Source of the DNA: Octopus bimaculoides
Lineage: Eukaryota
Length of the DNA: 64,000 bases
Reading direction: 5' to 3'
NCBI RefSeq assembly: GCF_001194135.2
Contig: NC_069002.1
Location: forward strand, 1,065,303-1,129,302
The translations under genes were made by a program, and so were the position numbers. The notes below the pieces were generated by a model. That model had not been told where the DNA came from. It saw only the letters and a list, made by a program, of their open reading frames with translations, and ran no database searches. Position 1 is the stretch's first letter, and each line of letters begins with the position of its first letter. Of this stretch, positions 54,779 to 64,000 are shown in pieces.

Positions 54779-55507
54779 CTATGAAGTGGAGCAGGGCGGA
54801 TAGGCAGAAAGAGTATGTGCGTGTATGTGTGTGTGTGCGAGAGAGAGAGAGAGAGAGAGGTGTTGATCAAAAAAGGCAGCGTATAAACAGAAGATGACCT
54901 AAATATGCAGGAGGACTAATTAAGAAGCCTTACCCTTTTGCGTCGATAATTCTTACGAAATGGAATAAATACGTAGCACACTCGGACCTAAGAGTTTCAT
55001 GGGATTAGCCTCATTGCTGATCATCTATGAATGGTTTAGGGACGGCTGAAACCTCTTTCCAGTCGGCACCTCGTTGTACCCGACTTCAACTACAATTTTT
55101 CGGGTATCACTATGCTCTGTCTTAAGAAACATTGGAAGAATATTGGGCCTGATTTGGCTGATCTTTTGTTTAAGGTAGCAATTGAGTGACGAATTATGTG
55201 ATATTTTTCAGTAAGACATTGCTTACATCACTCAGACAAAATGCTGAATGCTTTTCAGCTAGTATTGTCCATGTAATATTGATCGTCCTAACATAATATG
55301 TGGGATACCAAATTCAAGGTGTCATATATCAGTGAATATTCTATTATTTTTGGTAACATCCAAATCAGTTCTCCACAAGTGACAAAATGTTATTTTTTCT
55401 ACGTATTTACTTATTTTTTCTACGTATTTACTTTTAAAAGATCCTGTTTCAAATTTTGACATTAAAATTATCGGCACTTGTATGGGCACATATATGAACA
55501 TGCTTTC

Positions 55508-55561
<54 letters not shown>

Positions 55562-55617
55562 GCATCCATCTATCACACGCGCGCACACGCACATACACGC
55601 ACATTGCTGCCATCATA

Positions 55618-55836
55618 GGCGGCGAGCTGGCAGAAACGTTAGCACGCCGTGCGACATGCTTAGCAGTATTTCGTCTGTCTTTACGTTCTAAGTTCAAATT
55701 CCGCCGAAGTCGACTTTGCCTTTCATCCTTTCGGGGGTCGATAGATTAAGTACCAGTGGTGTACTGGAGTCGATTTAATCGACTGGTCCCCTCCTCTAAA
55801 ATTTCGGGCCTTGTGTCTAGAATAGAAAAGAGTATT
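55618..55836 (+). mobile_element. Most intact SINE family A copy, with an (ATT)n tail to about 55940
   Basis: ggcggcgagctggcagaaacgttagc (A-box region), agttcaaattcc (B-box), body gtcgactttgcctttcatcctttcgggggtcgat, 3' end cccctcc...ccttgtgtctagaatagaaaag, then (ATT)n. Confidence 0.9.
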
Positions 55837-55838
55837 AG

Positions 55839-55893
<55 letters not shown>

Positions 55894-55902
55894 GTTATTA
55901 TT

Positions 55903-55937
<35 letters not shown>

Positions 55938-56490
55938 CATTGTTGTTATTGTTGCTGCGGTTGTTGTTCCTTCTCTTCCGCTTAGTTTCTTCTCTTCGCC
56001 GTTTACATAAATTTCCCACACATTGTAATATACTCCTAATGACGCCCTTCAGTCAAATAATATACTTTGCCATAGTACTATTATCATGAATAGTGGGCCA
56101 AAGGTATCAGCAGCTGTAGTAGTAGTAGTAGTAGTAGTGACATTGTTCTTTTAATTCATCGCCTCCCTGTTTATTTTTCTCTTAAATTCACTGGAAAGTC
56201 TATTAACAGAATTTTTAATCTTTAAAGAGTTTTCGAAACGAAAGAACTAGCAAAATAAATGAATATGAAAAATATTTTTAAAATAAGAATAAAAGTAGCC
56301 AAAAAAAAAGAAAAAAATTAATAATTACAATAATACTTAAATATAATAAACAACAAAATCAAACAAACAAGGATAGTAAAATTAAAATTAACCTTTGTTG
56401 ATTATAATTTGCATTTTAATTTCTTTGTTCTGTGTATATGAGTGAGATAGATAGAGCAATTGAGAGCGAGGAGGGGGTGAATTCGAGTGA

Positions 56491-56557
<67 letters not shown>

Positions 56558-56619
56558 NNNNNNNNNNNNNNNNNNNNNNNNNNNNNNNNNNNNNNNNNNN
56601 NNNNNNNNNNNNNNNNNNN

Positions 56620-56665
<46 letters not shown>

Positions 56666-57114
56666 AGAGAAGATAAATTGAGGGAAAGAGAAAGAGCGAT
56701 TGTATGATGTATTAGTGTGCAAGTTTTTGGAGTTTTAGATTTTGATGTTTTTTTGCGTGGTGTTTGTGTGCGGTATGTTTGCGGAAACATAACGTTGACA
56801 TCATTGCAATCACATCTCTGGTTTTAATAGTAACCTTACTTCATCGAAGTTTCTGGCATTATGCTGCTGTTGCTGCTGTTGTTGCTGTTGTTGCCCATAT
56901 TTTATTCTAACACAGAGAATATGAATTTACAGAGAAAGAAACAAAAAAGAAAAGAAAAAAATGAAATAATAATGAAATAAAACAAATACAAGTCACTAAT
57001 AACATTTTTGTTTCAGAACTAAAAACAACAACAACAGTAACAACTTCAAAGATCTTTTTTTTCTTTTCTGTTTGTAGGTTTTGTTTTGCGTTGAATAATT
57101 ATATTAGAAGCAAG

Positions 57115-57270
57115 AGCGGTATTGGTGACCGCAAGAAGCATGGTGGAACTAAAAAGCGTTACGGTAATTTTTTTCCTTTGATCATTTTAGTTCAGAGTTC
57201 AATTCCCCAGCGGACTGGACTTTGGCTTTCATCATGACAACCGTATTTGTACTAATTATGTACCAGTAAT
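57115..57270 (+). mobile_element. Old family-A-related SINE
   Basis: gttcagagttcaattccc ... ggactttggctttcatc ... aattatgtaccagt. Confidence 0.55.
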
Positions 57271-57416
57271 ATACTTAATGAGAGAGGATGCGTGGATGGG
57301 GTAATTGCGTTACAATTAGGAATATATGAGTCTGTGTACGAGCGTTTCTATGCATATATGTATGTAGATATGTAGGTAAATATAAATATACATATATATG
57401 TATGCTTATATATGTG

Positions 57417-57447
<31 letters not shown>

Positions 57448-58916
57448 TTGTTTATTATGCCATGTTATATATAAAACCAATTTGGCATTAAAGTAAAGGA
57501 TTACTCAATAACCGTTTTGTAAAGTATATATTAATTATCTCGTCAACAGAAAAAGTTGTCAGTGAGTGTAGGAATCGACTTGTTCGCCGTTACCAAACTG
57601 TGACATCAAGCAAGACAAAACTTCGAAGTCGCTATCACCCTTTCCTTATAAGCAACACTCACACACACACACACCTAGTCTACATTCTATTTTTCCTGGC
57701 CAAATGATTCTTTAGATCGCTATTGTTAACTTAAAGCCAATCATTCTTGCGTTTGGCGAATGTCATGATGCACCATGTGTTGGAAAAGACTGCTTTTATA
57801 GATGATCATATGAGTAGGAAACTTGCAGCATTATATATCTTTGCGAAATGGCTCCATGTAATTAATGAACATTTCTTGAATTTTGTTATATATCTAAAAT
57901 GATATTCTTAGTTTGATTGACAACAAACGAAAGGAGTCCTGGATACGAACCGCTTAATAAATATTTCGTCATTAAACATGCTTTTAAAAGAAAACTCATC
58001 AGATTAGTTTTTATTGTAAAATTGCAGATGAACTGAGTATTTTTATTTTGCATTTTTAAATTATTTTATTGTCACAACCTTGTTTTTCGCTGGCCATCTT
58101 GTGATAAGGTAGGAGTCTTTCTGCATTCGATGTGTTATTCTGTTCGTGAGCCAATTTATGGCATTACTATACGCAGATGGCATTGCTTTATGTAAATGGC
58201 ATCGCTTTCTGTAGATGGAGATGTAACGCAATGCCAACTAATCATACAATCAATTTGGAGAATGAATCTGTTTGTGAGTTCAGACTGATCTGTTAAATGA
58301 GTTGTGCTCACCTAAATTACTAAACTTTTTTGGTTATCTTCCTGCATGTGACTTCATTTCCATACAAAGCAACAATTGCATCTCTTTTATCAGATGTCAA
58401 TCCATAAATTTGTAAAATATTGATATAATTCTCTGTGTATTAAATGTCAGACAGAACACGGAATTATGCAATATTTCGTCAAACCTGTATCATAATATGT
58501 CACCTAATTAATCTGTTACTAGCAAATATCTAGTAGATAATTAGGTTTTATCAAAGCGTATTCAGCAAACTACTGAAATTCCGGTTCTGTATTCAGCTTT
58601 TTATCCAGTTATTATTACATAACATTTCAGTAATATAGTTCAATATGTTGTGAGACCAAATATATATTGAGATTTTGCTATCGATCATTATCCACGGTAT
58701 TATGATAATTTTAACATTCGTTCTACTATCGAAAATTCCCTTCTTAATTCCCTTTTATCAACAGCTTTGGTATTCCTGAGGGGCTACTCACCGGAGAACA
58801 TTCGCACACAGTTTCGCGCCACTCATGAAATCAAAATGTTAGAAGGGTTTGATCCTTCCTCTCTCGATGCATTACCGAAAAAGGGGAGACAACTTCAACT
58901 AGTTTCGTATCAGTGT

Positions 58917-58917
58917 G

Positions 58918-58955
<38 letters not shown>

Positions 58956-58973
58956 AATGTATATATATATATT

Positions 58974-59056
<83 letters not shown>
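58917..59056. repeat. Interrupted (AT)n
   Basis: Direct reading. Confidence 0.95.
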
Positions 59057-59059
<3 letters not shown>

Positions 59060-60147
59060 GACACACACACACATATGTATGTATGCATGTATGTGTGTAT
59101 GTGTGTATTTGTGCGTGTGCGTGCAAGTGTATTCATTCTTTCCTCCGAAGCCAATGAGAAGCCATATTAGATTTAGGGACGAAACTGCGGCGAAGCAGAC
59201 ACGTCATTACGCTCCACCGATTCCATTCTCTTTCAGCAGACGTTGATGCCACCATCAGCAACACCATCACAAGCGACATTGCTTTACATGCAGCTGCACC
59301 GACAGCAGCAGCTGCTGCTGTTGCTGTCGGTGCTGTTGCTGTCGGTGCTGTTGCTGATTATAATGATGTCGGGGACGATATTGTCATTATTACGAGGTTT
59401 TCGTTGTTGCGACAGAGACATCATCGTAAATAACTTCATCACCAAAACCACCACTACCACCACCACCACCATTGCGACTACCACCGCCACCAGCACCACC
59501 AGCGCCACCAGCACCATCAGCACCACCACCGCCATCTTCATACGACGTTACTACAACTATCATCGCAACCACTTTCATAACCGCAACCAACATCATCAAA
59601 CATCAACACATACCCGCAAAGGAATCCTCCCCACCATCTTGCCAACAACATCATCATCAGCACCACCACAACCACCACCACCACCACCACCACAACCACC
59701 ACCACCACCACAACAACAACAACAACAACAACGACTTCGAAAATATTCTGCAAGGCACCACCAATGTCAGCGCCTTCCTACCCCTTCACCACCCTCCATA
59801 GCCCTGTCATCACCCCGGTATATATTTTCGGTAAGTGATCGGCGAAAGTGTCATACCAAAAGTCTATAGACAAAACACTATCGATTGTCTGCGAGTGAAG
59901 AACCTTAAGAATATTATAGTTGGGTATATTTGAAGAGAAGAGACACGACGGAGGTTGAGGTGGTTGCTATGTGTTACCAAGTTCTTACCCTCTACATCAT
60001 CAATATCTTCCCCTCCTCATTTCTCAATATGAAATGTCCATTCTTAATTATTACAACCTCCTGGGACATATCTCTCCTATTAGCAAACTGGATTCCAACT
60101 TGAATCATTGTTTGCTCGTTTCAATAACAGTAATAACGACGACGATA

Positions 60148-60201
<54 letters not shown>

Positions 60202-60422
60202 GTGATGACGACGACAAGAAAAAGAAGAAGTATTTCTCACCGTTCCTTGCTTCCTTCGTTTATGTGTTTTTAGAGATTATTATATTTTCCCATAATTATA
60301 TGCATTTTGATTTATACATACATGCACGTACGTACGTACGTACGTATGTATGTATGTATGTATGTATGTATGTATGTTTGCATGTATGTATGAATATATA
60401 TGTGTATGTGTGGAGTGTGTGA

Positions 60423-60453
<31 letters not shown>

Positions 60454-61543
60454 CACGCTGGCACACTATACACACACACNNNNNNNNNNNNNNNNNNNNN
60501 NNNNNNNNNNNNNNNNNNNNNNNNNNNNNNNNNNNNNNNNNNNNNNNNNNNNNNNNNNNNNNNNNNNNNNNNNNNNNNNNNNNNNNNNNNNNNNNNNNNN
60601 NNNNNNNNNNNNNNNNNNNNNNNNNNNNNNNNNNNNNNNNNNNNNNNNNNNNNNNNNNNNNNNNNNNNNNNNNNNNNNNNTATATATATACATGTGTGTG
60701 TGTGTGTGTATCCTCGTCGAATTTTGTGCAGCTCTCTGGATTTTCCAAGACTATGATCTGGCAGTTATTGTTTACATTTTTCCTTTTTTTCTCTTTTTTT
60801 TTTATTATCTATATCACTCCATCCACTCGCATTTCTATTTTATTATATTATATTTTTATTTTTGCGAACTCTCGTCCGTGCTAAGGTTGTTTATGTCACC
60901 TGCGACGTTCTAAACTTGTCACGAATGTTCGTGTGAAATATTGGGTCAACGGTGCGTGTGTTGGACTCATCACACTCCTAATTGAGTCTTTGGGGGATTC
61001 CATGCCAAAATTCTTCGCAAAATGATTCAACGGCGAGGGAAATACTTGAGGGACCACATCGCATGCAACTACAACTTAAAACGTAACCGAATCCTAAAAC
61101 CTCCGCTGCACCTTGCAGTTATATTTCTGCTGTCAAGCAATATTAAGGCGAGATGTCTTCCTCATTTTTGCTCTGTTTTTGCTTTTATAAATTTCTTTCC
61201 TTTTTTTTTTCTATCTCATATTCTTTGTTTTGTGTATTTATGTTATTGTTTTCAACCATGGAATTTTATTTATTTATTAGTAGAACAAGGTGGACGTCTA
61301 TTGATCGAATGTTACTAACTGAATCACTGAGTGACTGACTGACTGGCAGGCTGGATGCAAGATCATTTGAGCTGATTGCTCTGACGTAGAACGCCTTTTC
61401 ATCATGCAACGCATACGGTGGTATGTCGTAAATCTAAGCGGGAAGGAAAGAGCGAATACAGAATAGCGGTACACAAGATATAAACATTTATACACATACA
61501 TACATACAATCGTACATGCATACATGCATACTTGTATATACAC

Positions 61544-61581
<38 letters not shown>

Positions 61582-61818
61582 NNNNNNNNNNNNNNNNNNN
61601 NNNNNNNNNNNNNNNNNNNNNNNNNNNNNNNNNNNNNNNNNNNNNNNNNNNNNNNNNNNNNNNNNNNNNNNNNNNNNNNNNNNNNNNNNNNNNNNNNNNN
61701 NNNNNNNNNNNNNNNNNNNNNNNNNNNNNNNNNNNNNNNNNNNNNNNNNNNNNNNNNNNNNNNNNNNNNNNNNNNNNNNNNNNNNNNNNNNNNNNNNNNN
61801 NNNNNNNNNNNNNNNNNN

Positions 61819-61853
<35 letters not shown>

Positions 61854-62667
61854 TTATATAAATATTAAATTACACACACACATATACATACATACATACA
61901 TACATACATACATACATACATACAAAGGTGTATAGAAATAAAGGTTGGAGGTCAAATTAGCAGCAACAAAAACAAGAGGGAAAATGGTAATACGAGAACA
62001 AAAACTAAACAATAAACAAAAAGAATAGACAGAAACAAGAAAAGAAAAGCAATAACAACCAACAAAAATACAGGCGCAGACTTGTAATACGGGAAAGATA
62101 TCTGAGAAATTCTTCTGAATATCGCGCATGCGTGATCTTTCAAGAATATAAGATGCTAAATCTGTTATAACAGAGCAAGTGATATTGGATTTTATGAACG
62201 TCATTGTTAGAGAGGAATGTTTATATGTGAGGAATTTATATAGAATCACCATCTTGAAAGTCGATTTTCTAATCGAAGCAAAGAAATTATAATATTATAT
62301 GTCAATATTAATCTACCATTTGCAAATCTTGATAGGAGGGTGATTTTTTTTTTCTTTAATGATATAAATGTTTGTAAAGCCCTTTTAGCAAATGAAGAGT
62401 TAAACAAAATATATAAGGTGATGACAATGAAAACAAAGAGAAAAACTATTGTATTATCTTAGGAAGGTGAGTGATCCTATAATATTTCGGGAAAGATTTC
62501 CCCTTTTAAAATAAAGAAAAAAAATAACGAATTTGGAAAATGTTTTGTTATCAACAGGCCATTCAATGTGTGAGTGTTTTTTTTTATATTAAGAAACATT
62601 GGATTTGGACTTAGAAAGCAAATATTTGAAACAGAACCTTCAAGATTTCAACAAACTACTGCTCTAC

Positions 62668-62757
62668 TATCTATCTACCCCAGAATGGTGGAAGGCAAAT
62701 TAACCTCGGAAGGATCTGAACGCAGAACGCTGTGATTTGGAAGAAAATGCCGCAAAG
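62668..62757 (-). mobile_element. SINE family A fragment
   Basis: Reverse complement contains gcggcattttc ... cgttctgcgttcagatccttccgaggttaatttgccttccacc ... tggggtagatagata. Confidence 0.6.
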
Positions 62758-63643
62758 TGTTGTCTCTGCTGCTCTGATGACTCTAACAATCCCTGTCTTG
62801 TTTAGAAATATCCGATGTACTCCAGTTTTTAGAAGAACTTTTCTCTGTATAACTACGCAGCAAATACACAGAAATACCAAATTCCATGATCTTTTGTCGG
62901 AGCTTCTACGCGGCACACTGATGCAGATCTTGACAAACTTCGACGCTCAGTGGTCTGCAGGCGAGGGACAAACTTACAGCTTACACGTGATCAGAGAAAA
63001 CACAAATTTCCCTAGATATAAAATTACACTGCATGGCCACTTGTGGAACGATTTTGATTATGTTTCAGCTTTAAATAAGGATTGACCTTGGGCTAAACGC
63101 TAACACTAAGATAACAAAAAAACAACAACAACAACAGCAGCAACAAAAACAACAAATGCAACACTTAGTTTAAGTCTCATAGACTGAAATTCAGTTTGGA
63201 TTTCAACAGTAACCGGAGAGCAATTAGTTTCATTCACATCGAGAATTAATCTTCTTTAGAGTCAAGCCTTCTTTTTCTTGTCTCTGTTTTGGTTGCCTCA
63301 TCGCTCCTTCCTCTTCTTCATCACATTTCTCTCCTTCTTCGCATTCATCGGTAACTTGTAAACTCGCGTTGCGTTAAAGATTGTCTCTTTTATAGTAATG
63401 TGTGTCGGTTTAGAAATTAGCTTAATTGCGCTAGCTATTAGTCACCGAAATATTAGTAGCTACAAACAATACTTAGCTGTCATGGGTTGAATAATTAATG
63501 ATGGTACAGGTTCTGTGGTTAATAAGGAAGAAAGGCAGAAAAGAAAATGGCAGGGTGGGGGAAGAAGACGAAATATAAAATAATAAATGAAGGCAAAGGA
63601 CAAAGAAAAGGAACAGTAAAGGAAGACGATGAAAGTGTAGGAG

Positions 63644-63717
63644 GAAGAAGAAGAAGAAGAAGAAGAAGAAGAAGAAGAAGAAGAAGAAGAAGAAGAAGAA
63701 GAAGAAGAAGAAGAAGA
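63644..63717. repeat. (GAA)n
   Basis: Direct reading. Confidence 0.97.
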
Positions 63718-63865
63718 AAAGGAGGAGAAATAGAAGAATTAAATGGAGAAGAAGAAAGTCGTTCATAAATTAACAATAGCGCTCTTGTTACCGAATTAAT
63801 AATCTCTTCAAGTCTTCTAGACTTTTCTCTTCACACGTCAAATTCTCACTCAACCCAGAGAGAAA

Positions 63866-63929
<64 letters not shown>

Positions 63930-64000
63930 TAGAGAGAGAGTGAGCATTAGTTGGCTTCCCCATTGCTGTTGCAGTTTATAATTACAAGAGGCTAGAAGTA

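Noticed and set aside
59243-59869. 208-aa ORF with poly-T/P/Q
   Set aside because: Built from mixed CAC/CAA/CAG trinucleotide repeats that are open in several frames on both strands.
62732-63085. 117-aa ORF, among the longest in mostly non-microsatellite sequence
   Set aside because: Starts inside a SINE remnant, shows no recognisable domain, and is not clearly beyond chance.

Overview
This is AT-rich, microsatellite-saturated eukaryotic DNA from a gapped draft assembly, with 17 N-runs totalling about 7.3 kb. The SINE types and repeat load point to an octopod cephalopod; this is inferred, not verified. I found no gene I can name, no true tRNA/rRNA and no CRISPR array. Nearly all ORFs in the supplied track are translations of simple repeats or N-gaps. 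Supported features: about 20 copies or fragments of tRNA-derived SINEs from at least 4 families; a 5'-truncated RLE-type (R4/Dong-like) retrotransposon embedded in a (TAA)n tract; an RTE-like LINE relic; two copies of a ~250-bp polyadenylated 3' end; a TTAA/piggyBac-like MITE; and a Helitron-like terminus. Best leads: (i) the 3' terminus of the main SINE family matches the duplicated 250-bp element, suggesting a SINE/LINE partnership tied to (ATT)n tracts; (ii) a minus-strand exon candidate (30280-30367) and a frameshifted segment (34180-34241) both resemble a VAMP7-type longin domain; (iii) a decayed 30-bp (10-codon) tandem array at 12789-12969. I cannot claim a new biological system from this sequence alone.
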